From assembly GCF_001194135.2 (NCBI RefSeq), contig NC_068981.1, positions 74,564,456-74,626,847 on the forward strand: a stretch of 62,392 nt of DNA, in the 5' to 3' direction. The stretch's first letter is position 1; each line of letters begins with the position of its first letter. The position numbers and the translations under genes are program-made. The notes under the pieces are model-generated. The model searched no databases, was not told the DNA's origin, and saw only the letters and a program-made list of their open reading frames with translations. Below, piece after piece: positions 23,502 through 36,666 of this stretch. The stretch comes from Octopus bimaculoides. Its lineage: Eukaryota.

Positions 23502-26500
23502 TAGTGGCTACAATATTTGTAACTGTCCATAACTTGCATTTTAAAGCAGATCTGATTTGTTCATCAAAAAATATCACATACCTAGTCTTGTTTTCAAGGA
23601 AATATCCAAGTTGGTATTTTTACAGTGTTTGAAATGATAATTTGTCTCCTTAGAATCTACTTTCTGGTAATTGGCAGTTTCCTAAAATCCTATATTCATT
23701 CTTCTTTTGTAGCTACATTATTATTGTCTACAAACACTTCTTGGGTAGTTGTTGTTGGTTATTATGAAGTAGGAATAAGGTTTAAGGGTTTTTTTTTTTA
23801 ATATTTATAGTTGATTATTATTATCATTGTTTTTTTTCTTTTGTTTTTTGGAGTGGACTATAACCATGTTATATATGTATTTATTTCACAGATGTTCTGT
23901 TTCCTATTTCCGTTTCCTTCACTCACATTTCCTCTTCAGAAGAATTCTCACCAGGGCAACAACAAAAACAACAATGACAAAAAATAAAACCCCAGAAAAG
24001 TATGACAAGATTTAAAAAATGTTGAAGAACTTGTCTTTTCTTATCCCACTCTTCTTCCCCTATCAGCTCTCAAATTCTATCTTCCCTGTTACCCAAACAC
24101 TTAGAAGTTGGCTACAAGCCTAGCATTGTCTTGTGTTGGACCTATAAGATTTTTTCACATGTATTTACAAGATATTGATTCCTTGGTAACAAATTTTTTG
24201 TCTCAGAGCTGAATTTGTGTTCCAGTAGCCTTTTTAATTTGGAAGCTACAGAATTCCCATTAAAAAAAATTTAAAAAACCTTCTCAGATCTACCTTTATC
24301 TCCTCTATTCAGATATCCTTTAAGATCTGCATTACTAACAAATTAGTGTTGTTTTATTCTTATTACAATATTTACTCTTGCTTCACTGAACTACTATCAT
24401 GTAGAAATCCTATATTCAAAAGATATCAGTAATTTTTTTAATTTTTTAAAATCCATATCATTCACTAACAAAAACATTGATGTACTACTTGTATCAATGG
24501 TCAACAATGTTGATTATTGCATACCCCTCTATAAACTGCATGCTGGTGTGTACAGATGACACTGGGGTATCGTTCTAACTATTTTCTCAAAATCCAAGTT
24601 CTCTTTCTCAAATCAAATCTTGAATAAATGATAGTAAATAAATCATTAAATTCTAATTCACTGCTTGAGATATTTAACTGCCATGATACTAAAACCTGAA
24701 GGAAGAAAACTATCTGAAGAAATTCACTTAAAAAATAAATGCAGCGTAAGATATAAGCTGGGAGTCTAGTGACAGAAATCTTTTTCTGAGATGAAAATAA
24801 ACTTTATTTCTTATACAGAAGAGTGCTGAGATCCAAACAACAACATTTGAATTGCAGCTACATGCAGTGATAGTTGCAGTTAGTTGTGGTGTAGGTCTTT
24901 GAATTTTGTTCCATCAAGTATGACCTGGGATTAAATATTAAAAATTATCTTGAATTTTTCCCACTTGCTGACACTTTTTCCATCGTAAAATGCAATGAAT
25001 CAGCAACTGCCCTTGTTTGTAGGATTTAACCAATGCTGCTGTTGATCCCCAAATGCTTGCTATAAAAATACTGAAATTATAAATTATTTCGATCACTTCA
25101 TTGCACATAGTCTTTCAACACTTAGGCATATATTTAGTATTACATCATGAAGTTTAACCTTCAGCAATGTCAGTGAATGAATACATGAATGGTAACAGCA
25201 GTGAAAATTTATAGTTAGAATTCTACATTTGAGACTCTGTATGAAAGCTGCTGGTATGTGATTCCATGTGCACACATTTGTTCATTCATGCTACACAAGG
25301 AGTTTTGTACTTTTAATATGAAAAATTAACCAAAACAACAAAACACACACACACATGTGCATGTGTGTGTAAGTGGAGACACAGCTTAGTGGTTAGGGCG
25401 ATTGTAAGATTGTGGTTTTGATTCTTGGACCAGGCAATGCGTTGTGAAACTCAGTGATTTTTTTTCTGCTTCTGTTTGTAAATCTCATCCATTTCCATTT
25501 CTGATGTCCTACTATATTATATCAATTCAATGACAGCTTTACAGTAAGGTCTGTATATTTTAAGTTGGAATTACTACTGGAAAGTGAGATGAAGGCCTTC
25601 TCGTTTACCATTTTAAAAAAAGAAATGGGGGGAACCCCCCCCGGAAACTGAGTGTTAATTTTTTTTTGTGTGGGGGGGGGTTATTTATTATCATTTTTTT
25701 CATTTTAAAGCTCAGCTCAGGATTTGAAGTTACCTCCTGTAGCATTAAGATGTGTTTTGGTATGGTACTTGGATGAGTTGCTCCCTTTTTATTATATGAC
25801 ATGTGGTTTTAATTTTGAGGATCTGTTTGTATGTAACCACTTGTGTTTTCCTTATCAAACTCCCTTAGCTCTCTCTGTATGACCTGGTCATTTATGATAT
25901 TACAGCTTTAACTAATTATTCAAAATTTTTATCATCACATTGGAAAACTCACTAGCTGACTTTCAATAAAACATTAGGTCTTCCTGAAGTCTTAAAGTAA
26001 GCCATTACACGGTTATTAGACTTAGCAGAAATAACTGCCAAATCTCCCTTCACTCTTACTCTGCAGCCATAAAAAATAAAAGAGTACATCCAATAATGTT
26101 GTCCTAAATATGCTAAATATTGGGGGCGAATAAAAAGACAAAATATTCTTGTTCCTTCTTTTTTTTCTTCTTCTTCTGTTCTTCCTTTCTCCCCTCATTT
26201 CTTCTTTTCTTCCATGTGCCCCTATAATTTTCTTCATTTTCTAATTTTTCCCTTCCCTTTTCTTTTTCTTTCTTTTTTTTTTTTCAATTTTTCTTTTCGC
26301 TTTTTTTACATCTTATTTTTTGTTCTTTCTCTTTCATTCTTTTTTATTTTTTTATTTTCTGCTCTCTTATATTTTTTCTTCCTTTCTTTAACTTTCTACT
26401 TCACCGGCTACTTACATATATTTGAATTTGCTGTGGCCGAAGATAATAATTATGGTAAGCTTGCAAGACTTGCTTACAACAATATTTGCCACAACGATTT

Positions 26501-27258
26501 TCCTTGAAATGTCTCCATTACAACTGCATGAATATCTTTGTTAATGTTACTATCGAGCTCTTTCAGTTAGCTATTCTTTGAAATTGACATTGCTGCTAAA
26601 TTCCTTCAGCTGTTTTATGAAATTATCACTCCTGGCTCAAAGTTTATCCCAGTATTATTGCTATTTATTTCATTAACCTATGACAAGGGGAAAGGTTGAT
26701 AGCATTTGGAATTGGAAACATAAGACTCAGAATGGTCTAGAATTCCATTTATAATTTGGTCTGGCACACTTAGCTGTTCTAATTTCCTACATTAATTAAT
26801 ATATCAATATTTGTGTAGGAAAATCTTCATTATTTACTTTACAGCTTTGCTAAAATTCATTCACTGTATTAAGAAATAATTTCTGTAAAAAAAAAAAAAA
26901 TCTCCTCAGGAGGTTGGAGTGGGTGTATCTAAGATCCAAGCATTTATGTACAATGTGTTTAAATAAAATGTGTTTAAAATCTAGAAGACTGATACATGGA
27001 GTTTTCCCACCATTTCCTGATACACTTGTCATTAAATAATTTCTTTGGTAGATAAAGACCCTTTTATATTTAGTTTTCTGAACTTGTTCTATAAATTAGC
27101 TCTTTTGTAGGTAATAAAATGAAATTGCGAATGGTATGTGTTGATGTGTGCTGTATGAAATAGCCAAACATTAGAAGCAGTAATCAATGTTGTTGTCATT
27201 TTTATATATATATATATATAATCATCATCATCATAATACGTCCGTTGTCCATGCTGGC

Positions 27259-27293
<35 letters not shown>

Positions 27294-27779
27294 AGTGAGC
27301 CAGAGTGTAATGCTAGTTCTGACGAGTGACAGAGGATTCATGAAAATAAATTTAAGTGAAGAGGATTTAATTTTTATTCTTCAATATTTGACCTATTCTC
27401 GTTATTTTTGCAAGTCCTTCACTTCATATTTAGAATTCAAATGCTGACCTTGTGTTTCAGCTTCTCTGGTTTTGATAAACTGGGGTCAAATACTGAGTCG
27501 ATTTCTTCAACTATACAACATTCTTCTCTATATCTCCGGCTTTGTGCTTGTGCTAGGAATTTATTTCTATGAGCCATGAGTTTGTAAATTGTTCATTGTT
27601 CATGCTTGTATGTTTTAGATGGAATTAGGCAATTAATATACTTCATTAATTTTACTAGAATACTTCCGCTGCTGATTCATCTGAAATGGAATCTGTAGTT
27701 TGTTGGGTATAAGAGAAATATTGTCTTCGCAGAGTCTGAAACTTAGCTTGAAAATAAAACTATCTTATAAAATTTGTTT

Positions 27780-27975
27780 TTGTTGTTGTTGCTTAACTAC
27801 TGATCAGCCCTCTTTGACTAAACCTATACTTCCTAGCAGTCCAGTCATGACGCACCAATTTTTCATTTTCAGACATAATATATCTAGGACTACATTATCC
27901 ATTGTGCCCTTCCTAATTATTTTAAAGATGGCTGGCTATGATTAGAGAGAGATTTGGCTGCTATTTCTGGAAAGT
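27780..27975 (-). mobile_element. Unclassified dispersed repeat family F (GATTTGGCTGCTATTTCT...; AAC-rich end)
   Basis: Related segments lie near 26020-26110 (+), 57130-57380 (-), 60865-61040 (+) and 61690-61780 (+). Confidence 0.55.
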
Positions 27976-28071
27976 GAACGACCATTTAGTGATTCCCACA
28001 TTGGGTTATCAAATGTAGTAATTTTATTAATGGGTTATTACTTCACAAATTGCCTTCACTTGTACCAAGTC

Positions 28072-28119
<48 letters not shown>

Positions 28120-28892
28120 ATATACCCTAGTTTTATGGTTGTCTAGTTGTCCACAAAGTACTTTTTGTGTATTAATATTTTCACAATTTTGGTTTATTTA
28201 TATAGGTAAGATATGAACCTGACTAATTAGGAAAATAAATATTTTAAAAAATAAAAAGAATAAACAACTTCCTGAATGTGAATATTCTTTCACTAATAAA
28301 TAAATCTTATCTGAAACCTTAATCAGTTTATTAGCGCAGATTGTAAAAAAAAAAAATGTTTATAAGACATGGCTGTATAGCTGAGTTTGCTTCCTGACAT
28401 TTGTGTTTGGTACCACTTCACAGTACCTTGGGCAAGTGTCTTCTACTATAGCCACAGACTGACCAAAAACTTTTGAGTAAATTTGGTAGATGAACACTGC
28501 ATCTGTGATTCTGTGATTGCTTGTACAAAGGTTACAATCAATGATGATGGTATTGTCAATTCTTTTTTGGTCACTTTGTCCCTTCAAACCCATGTGAAAT
28601 TACAGATTCCTCACTTGAAAAACTGTTATGGATTAATTTCAGGAATGGCATCCGGCTGAAAAACAGTCTCTCAAAAATAACATATTCTATATTCATCTAA
28701 TCCATGCAAGCGTGAAAAAGCTATACTTGTACTGTGAAGGTACATTGCCTGGTGATTAGAGTGTTAGCTTCATGATCACAAAGTTGTAGGTTCAATTCTC
28801 ATTTCTCTTGTATACTCTGGTGAAAATGAGTATCAGCTAAGTGCAGCTGGTGCAGCCCTTTCTCCCTCCAGCCGTTCTACTAGGTTAATATC

Positions 28893-29115
28893 TTTTCTAC
28901 TCTGGGTACAAGGCCTGAACTGAAATTTTTGGGGAGTGGGGGTCAGGGCAGTTGATTAGATCGGCCCCAGTATGCAACTGGTACTTAATTTATTGACCCT
29001 GAAAGAATGAAAGGCAAAGTCAACCTCAGCGGAATTTGAACTTAGAACATAAAAACAGACGAAATATCGCTAAGCATTTCGCCCAGCATGCTAACATTTC
29101 TGCCAGCTCGCCGCC
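28893..29115 (-). mobile_element. SINE family B with 18-bp imperfect TSD
   Basis: TTCTACTAGGTTAATATC (28875-28892) versus TTCCACTAGGTCAATATC (29116-29133). Confidence 0.88.
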
Positions 29116-31737
29116 TTCCACTAGGTCAATATCAAGAGGACTGAGAAGGTGTTTATGTCTGTTTATGACTAAATTGGCACCTAAAACAGTATGGCACTTG
29201 CTAGCAAGTCATATTCACTTACAAGTGACAACTAGGCAATACTCAATTTGAACTTGTCTTCATCTTGGTTACTGTTAATCACAACAGTTCACCTATATGG
29301 CCTTTTTCAAGCACTTTACATTTAACAATGTTCTTGGAATTTCAAATGAAACTTTTTAGTCATCCGCCCATGGTGGGCAGACTGATCCAAGGCTGGAAAT
29401 CATGCCCATCAGCTAAACAACTGTACTTAACATTTGATACATACATCAATATTTATTATATTTCCCGTGCCATGTTATTGTTATGTTATTCTTAGCTGGT
29501 AGTGAAATGGTAAACCATTTATTTATGATTTCTTTGTTTTTATCAGTTAATTGTTGAATTCTTTTGAAGACAGAATTAATACATTCTCTCCATAAATTAT
29601 AGCCCATTAATAATTTACTGTAACAAAATTCATTGATAATTTAGTGCAAGAAGATAAGATAAAATTAGTAATTTAGGGCAAGAAGGTAAGATAAAATTAT
29701 TATTTTTTTTAAACGAGTAACTTCTAAGGGTCAATTCTTCAAAGATATGAAAATAAGTGGGTAAAAGAAATGGCTGTCATTTTATCATATTAAAAATATC
29801 TAACTTATTGCTAGAGATGTTTGACATCTCAGCTGTAATGTCATTTTCAAATTCTAAATTTGGAAGAAAATCATGTTATAATTCTGTAAGCCCTAATTCA
29901 CAGCTGAATGAAAGATGAGAGAGAAAATAAAAAGGAGTTTATTGTCAGAAATATAGCACTTAAGTGCCCAATGACTGTGATTGGCAATGCTACAATTAAA
30001 ATGTATAATAAAATATTTTTAGTAACTACTTTTAAAAATTCACATGGCAAAGGAAGCATGAGTCACTTTACCTTTGTAAGCGTCCCATCTGCAAACTGGT
30101 GAGGTCGATGCAATTGAGCTTTCGATTCAGTTTTTGAATTATAAACCTTGAAGGTCTTACCCCCAAACGATCAATGTTTTCATCTAGTTGGGTCTCATCA
30201 GCTTTTTGAGTTTAAACTTTTTCTTGGAAATATTTTTTGCTTCTAATATTCAATGATAATTTTATTTACTTTGTTGCATTTAAAGAGTTTTACTAGAGGA
30301 AAAAGTATTAAGAAATGCTATTTAACTTAGCAGAGTTTCATTTAATTAGTACATTTTTTTTAATAACAGAAGGGTTATACTTCATTAACTTCTGTAACAT
30401 TAAAAGGACTACACTACCAACCATCAAATGGTTAAATCTACCATGGTGGAATCTGAATATGAAAAAGTGAAACACAAATATATGTTGTAAAATGTCAATA
30501 CCAATTAATTATTATCTTGATTAACTCCGCAACTCATATTAACAGTGATGATGCTATCTATTAAAAATATAGATTCTGTTTCATTTTTGACAAATCTAAT
30601 CCATGGCTTAAAAATGCTAAAAATGTAATTAAATTTAAATCAATTCTTACATATTCATGTCATTTATTGTATTGACTATTTAGCTGTAAAAGACAAATTT
30701 AAATCTATTTTCATAAGATTTGAACTCAGGACTCTTAATAAAATATCAAACTATTTTCCATAAATCATTTGTTTCTTCCCACTTTCACTGGTGTCATTTC
30801 CACTACTTTCTATTAATAAATAATACCTGAAAAAGCAAAGAAAAACTTGTTTGCTGTTATCTGCTACTTGAAAGAATCTAGATACACATAGGAAGTCTGT
30901 GCTATAAATTTTGGTCTTAGCTTTTAAGCTTTTTTTCTTCTTGAACAAAAAGAGTCAGTCCAACTTTTGCTGTGGTGATTTATCTCAATGGGTGGGATTG
31001 AGACTGGGAAGTAACAGATATAAAAAAAATTTTCAGTCACATACTGTCAGCTATAAATTTGAAAGGGTTAAGCACATATTCTTTTGATTAATTTGGCTGT
31101 TTTGAATGTTCTCTCTCAAGAAGAGAGAAGGAAAATGTTCCAGTTATGTCAGTCATCAGTTCTCATACCCTATCAGTCTCACTAGATTGTTAAGAGATGT
31201 TTTAAAATTCGGGTGTCTATAATTGTAATGGCATTCTTTTGAGTTTATCTCTGCCTTCACTTGTCTCAATCAGTAGCAAGTATGATTTCATTTGGCATTT
31301 GTTGAAGACATTTTTTTTAATGTTTTCTTTTCATTTTGTACCCTGCCTCTTTTTTTTTTTAGGGAGAGGATACACCCTTATTTTTGGCATGTATTGATAT
31401 TGTGTTGTTTGTGGCAACCCTTGAGTTAAATTTTATTTTCTTTCTTTGAGATTCTTGAGTGTATGTCTCTGCTCCACACTTTTATCAATCATTAACTCAT
31501 TTCTTTCAGTTTTTTTTTGATAAAAACAAGATGGGGAGGGTTATATTTTGGTTTGCAATGAAAATGCATTAGTGACAACTTTTGAATAATTTTTTTATAC
31601 TTTTGAATTTTATTTTTCGTTTATATTTTGGGTTGCAAAACATGAACAACAAATCCTAAACAATCTTCAGTTAACATTCCCATTGCAAATTTACTCTGCA
31701 ACAAGATACTGGAATAAATAGAATATTAAACTCATTC

Positions 31738-31791
<54 letters not shown>

Positions 31792-32244
31792 ACAGATGTC
31801 ATAAATTTAATATTGTTTCTGTTTTTTTCCCTTGAACCTCTCTTTTTGTTTTTACTCCTCTTTAATATTTTAGTATATCCTGAAACACTGGATCCATTTC
31901 TGTTCCTTTCATTTAGTGTATTTATTTTCATTGTACACAGTTTTTCATTGTTATTATTACAGATAATTTTTCTATGCTTTTTCAATCTTTTACTTTTCTC
32001 TTTACAAGCTTTAAATATTTATTTGTTTGTCTACCTCTTAATTCATAATCTTCCTCTGTTTTACTTGTGTGTATGTGTGTGTGTGTGCACGTGCGCACAT
32101 GATCCATAATTGTTAGTCCAGCAAAATATATTCTGTTTCACCTATGGCTCACTGGTAACTAAAGAAGAAAATTTAGAAAGCTTATTTATAATGTATGGCT
32201 AGAAGTAACATAGCTTCTTTCTTTTTGGACTCTGCACCCCTGGA

Positions 32245-32281
<37 letters not shown>

Positions 32282-32288
32282 TGTGAGT

Positions 32289-32337
<49 letters not shown>

Positions 32338-32350
32338 TACAAGAGCCTAT

Positions 32351-32622
32351 CCTTGTTGTGGTGTAGTGGTGTGTATGCCTCAGTGACCTTGAATGTTATG
32401 ACAGCAGAGTACAAGTTCCAGGCTGGGAGCATCTCATGCTAGACAGAAACCAGAGATGAAAATGGGTTTGCATAGGGCCAACATCCCTTCCTAGAAAATA
32501 GCTAAGTCAGAAGAGCACCACTGACAATTCAAAATCAAGACCTTGGAAAGAAAGACAGTCCAAATTTAAGAAGAGTGGAGAAAAGTTGTTAATGGCCAAT
32601 GCTCCTTAATGAGTTATTGGCT
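32351..32622 (+). mobile_element. Probable bipartite RTE-derived short element (5'UTR-like part + 3'-end-like part)
   Basis: Start CCTTGTTGTGGTGTAGTGGTGTGTATGCCTCAGTGACC resembles RTE 5'UTRs. End GAAGAGTGGAGAAAAGTTGTTAATGGCCAATGCTCC resembles the RTE/BovB WRxLVxGLCS terminus. Heavily decayed. Confidence 0.45.
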
Positions 32623-32820
32623 TAACACTTTGCTCTGGCAAAAGTAATGCTTATTTATTCACATTGTTTTGAGTTTATTGTACACTATCTCACAGCTCTG
32701 ATATTTCAATGATGTGAATGTTTATATTTAGAATAACATTATAGGATAGGTGTGAGAGGTTTGATCTGGTCAGTTTGAACATGAAACAGGTAGAATACTT
32801 TGGCCTTATATGGCTGATAC
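32621..32820 (+). mobile_element. piggyBac-like (TTAA-CCCTTTAGCATT) MITE, decayed copy
   Basis: Reverse-complement homology to 38610-38820. Confidence 0.6.
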
Positions 32821-32822
32821 AT

Positions 32823-33005
32823 TTCTATATTTAAGAGATGAGGAATTATGTACATTATTTACATTTGACAGATATTTGTCCTCATCTTGTTCGTTGAACA
32901 CAACATTTTGGCTGATGTACCCTCCAACCATCATCAGGTATCTTGGGGAAATTTCGAACCTGGGTTCTCATTCCTAATGTATTTTTTGATGTTGTTATTA
33001 TTATT
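32823..33005 (-). mobile_element. Dispersed repeat carrying a decayed hammerhead-like motif (Penelope-like terminal repeat)
   Basis: Shares about 85 bp with 12177-12260 and contains the hammerhead-like fold at 32897-32942. Confidence 0.65.
32897..32942 (-). ncRNA. Fossil minimal type I hammerhead ribozyme (inactive in this copy)
   Basis: Minus strand reads GATAC-CTGATGA-T-GGTTG-gagggtacat-CAGCC-AAAAT-GT-T-GTGTT. Stem I and stem II pair (with G-U wobbles) and CUGAUGA is intact. GAAAC is replaced by AAAAT, which two CpG-type transitions would explain. Confidence 0.5.
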
Positions 33006-33807
33006 TTGGTGGACGGACAATTCTTGTCTTTTCCATATCCCTAAACTTTAAAATGGTAGTTGTCAGTAACAGTGTTAGTGAATCTTAACTAGGATATTCT
33101 TCACATTGTACCTCTTCCGTCTCCTTTAAGATGACATAATCTAACGTTTTTGTTTTTTTTTTAACATTTTAATATCAGGTGTAAGTCTAACCCATGTCAG
33201 TATGGAACATAGCCATTTTATGATGTTGCTGTTCCCCTTTTCTTCAGAAAAACAAACAAACAAAAAGTTTTGTAGAATTAATAATATGCACTGCTATGTG
33301 ATTAAGAATTTTGCTTTGAAACCACATGGTTTCAGGTTCAGTACCTCTGTGGAACACCATGGGCCAGCATCTTCTACTATAGACTTGGACCAACGAATGA
33401 ATTTGGAAGATGGAAGCTGTGTGGAAGCCCATTTTATGTGTGCATGTGTATGTATTTCTGTTTGTCCCCTGCCAATGCTTGACAAACTGGAGTTGGTTTC
33501 AACACATCTTCATAACGGAGCACTCAGAATTGCTGAAGCTTGGAATAAACTATCTGCATCAGTTGTTAGCTGTTGGGACACTACATCGTTCAAAACTTCC
33601 ATGTTTCCTGAAATTCACCAACAACACACCTGGTGCCCCCACTCTAGTTTTTTTTTTTTAATGACCTATTACTGCTCACTTCCTGTGCATATGCTATGTA
33701 CTGTTTATGCACTTTGAGCTACTTTTTCTGACAAGTTGTAGTGTACCTGAGCACTGTATACAAAAAAATCATTACACACACTCACACACATATATATATA
33801 TAGTAAT

Positions 33808-34475
33808 CATTATCATCATTTAACATCTCTGTTCCATGCTGGCATGGGTTGGTTGGTTTGACTGAAAACTGGTAAGCTGAGGCACTGCACCAGTTACAAT
33901 TTGATTTGGCATGGATTCTACAGCTGGATGCTCTTCCTAATGCCAACCACTCCCAAAGTGTAGTGGGTGCTTTTTATGTGCCACTGGCATGGGAGCCAGT
34001 CAGGGGGCACTGGCATTGGCCACGACTACAATCTCGGTATATTGCCAATATCATCATCATCATTTAACGTCCGCTTTCCATGCTAGCATGAGTTGGACGA
34101 TTTGACTGGGGACTACCGAACCAGATAGCTACACCAGACTCCAGTCTGATCTCGCATAGTTTCTACAGCTGGATGCCCTTCCTAACGCCAACCACTCTGA
34201 GAGTGTAGTGGGTACTTTTTACATGTCACTAGCACGAGGGCCAGTTTGGCGGTACTGGCAATGGCCACACTCAAATGGTGTATTTTATGTGCCACCTGCA
34301 CAGGAGTCAGTCCAATGTTTTGTTCACATGCCACTGGCACAAGTGCCAGTAAGGCGAAGCTGGAAATGATCGCGTTCAAATAGTGCTTTTTATGTACCAC
34401 TGGCACGGTTTGGCGGCACTGGCAACGATCTCGCTCGAATGTCTTACTAGCAACGGCCACGCTCGAAATAGTGTG
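33808..34475 (-). mobile_element. Two tandem family C 3' ends (33808-34030 and 34049-34475)
   Basis: Two (CAT)n-started copies in the same orientation. Confidence 0.8.
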
Positions 34476-35240
34476 TCACTGTAGTATAAATTTAATGGGT
34501 TGTCATGGTTCAAGTTATTTCTTATTTGGAGATCCAGTTTCTGACTATTAAATTTTACTCTCAAGGTTTGGCTTAGCTCTGGGTTATGAGGAAAAAGAGA
34601 TAAGAGACCCTTGACCAAAATTAGATACTTCATGGTGGTATCAAACTTTACCTCATAACCACTTCTGAAATGCTTTCATCTATAAATCTACATATCTATA
34701 TGTATTTGTGTGTGTTTGTACATAAATATGTGTGCACACACACATATGTACAATTTTATGTTTTGAAGATTGTTACAAATACCTGAGCTAGTTCGTGTTA
34801 TATGAACATAGAAAGCCTGTTACATGTCCTTCTTGTATAATAAACTAGATGCCTCATTTGAAAATATGGGTTGTTGAACGTTATATTAAGATATTTATGT
34901 TAATTATTCAGCTTAATGTATATGCATGCTTGCACATACACACGTATTCACCACCACATCACACCCCTCATTGCCATGCAATCATCATCATCATCATCAT
35001 GTCTATTTTTCCATTCTTGTACGAGTGTGGTTGTTTTGCTTTTCCCCCCTCTAGCATAGCGTCTCACCACTTGTTATGGCCCCTTGTCATCTCCTTTGTG
35101 GTGTTTCGCCTCTTGAGATCTGACTTCGTCACTTCTTCCCATGTGTTCCTCGAGTCTCCTACTCAATTATAAGAAAGCATCACCTGACACCAAAGTAAAC
35201 ATCACAATCTGCATTAACACTGTGCCTCTATATCAATATT

Positions 35241-35298
<58 letters not shown>

Positions 35299-35437
35299 TA
35301 ACGACACTGGAATAATGAAGAAAGAAGCAAAGAACTAGAAAATATAAAAATTTTGTTTTAAAGTAAGTTTCTAATGTTGATTCACAGGAGGCAGTAAGAA
35401 TGCCAGACTAAATGTTTTACAATATTTAGTTAATCTA

Positions 35438-35600
35438 AAGCGCCGAGCTGGCAGAAACGTTAGCATGCCAGGCGAAATGCTTAGCGGTATTTCGTCTGTC
35501 TTTGTGTTCAAATTCCGCCGAGGTCGACTTTGCTTTCATCCTTTCGCGGTCGATAAATTAAGTACCAAAAATTTCGGGCTTTGTACGTAGAGTAGAAAAG
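35438..35600 (+). mobile_element. SINE family B, CpG-rich copy with internal deletion, 14-bp TSD
   Basis: AATATTTAGTTAAT at 35421-35434 and 35601-35614. More decayed + strand copies lie near 6500-6660, 17405-17600, 40820-41030 and 42750-42965, and a - strand copy near 56830-57000. Confidence 0.88.
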
Positions 35601-36625
35601 AATATTTAGTTAATTCTTTTCTTTTAAATTTTTTTTTCTGAGTTCAAACTCCGACTGAAGGTATCAGTTGTGCTTTTTATATTTCTTCGGGCAGAAAAAC
35701 AAATGTAATGAACTGTTCTGGGTAACATGCTGGAGTTGATTTTGTTAAATATAATTACATGCATTTGCGCAAACGCGTACACACACGTAATGTGTGCACA
35801 TATGTGCATACATATATGTGAACATACACGAACGTACTCGTATATACTTACACACACGCACCAACACATGCACGTACACATATGCATGCACATTCTCTGT
35901 TTCTCTTCCCCCACACATTCATGTACACAGGTATACATAAATAAGCATACATACATAATTATATGTACTATGTATATATATATTCGAACACACACACACA
36001 CACACACATGCACACACTATTACACATCAGCATACACACATTTTCTTTCTTTCTCTCTCTAACACACACACACACACACACATATGCGGACACACACACA
36101 CACACACACATGTTGCGCGCGCGCACATACGCATTTTCGAGGCTTTTCTAAAATTTCATTCAAGCTGAGTCGTGAAAGAAATCTGTTGCTTCATAAACAA
36201 CAAACGTAGCTGTATTCTCGAATACTGGCCACTAGTTTGAGAACAGAGTGGAGTGAAATGCTAAGACAAGGAGTTGCACTTTTATTTCAACTGTTATTTT
36301 CTTATGTTGAGGATGTTATTTTACTTTCTTCCAGTTTTTATTTCTTGCTAATTTCCAGTTCTTTAGTCCATCATCAGCATCAACTTCGTAATTATTGTGT
36401 AACTGATCTTGATTTGGCAGTTCTTATCTCATAGTTGCCTCCCTTACCTTCTCTGCGTGTTTCCCTTCCGTCTCTGCCTCTCTTCCCCCTCCTTTGCTTG
36501 TGTTTCCCTCTTTTTTTTTTTATTCCACCCACTCCCTCTCTATATTTTCTCTTTGGAACTCTCAAAAGTTTTTTCAGAAAACTATTCACACAAACCCACT
36601 GGTACATTCATGTATGTGCGCGCGC

Positions 36626-36666
<41 letters not shown>

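Noticed and set aside
24480-24620. Possible reverse-transcriptase remnant (LLVSMVNNV...CTDDTG, YADD-like)
   Set aside because: It needs a frameshift and lacks the upstream PQG motif. Too weak without an HMM search.
24830-25075. Possible minus-strand nested exon after a tttcag acceptor
   Set aside because: All three frames hit stops within about 45 codons, and no family motif or partner exon was found.
36237-36434. Hydrophobic 65-aa ORF resembling a signal-peptide exon
   Set aside because: No good donor site or homology. Hydrophobicity is expected from T-rich sequence.
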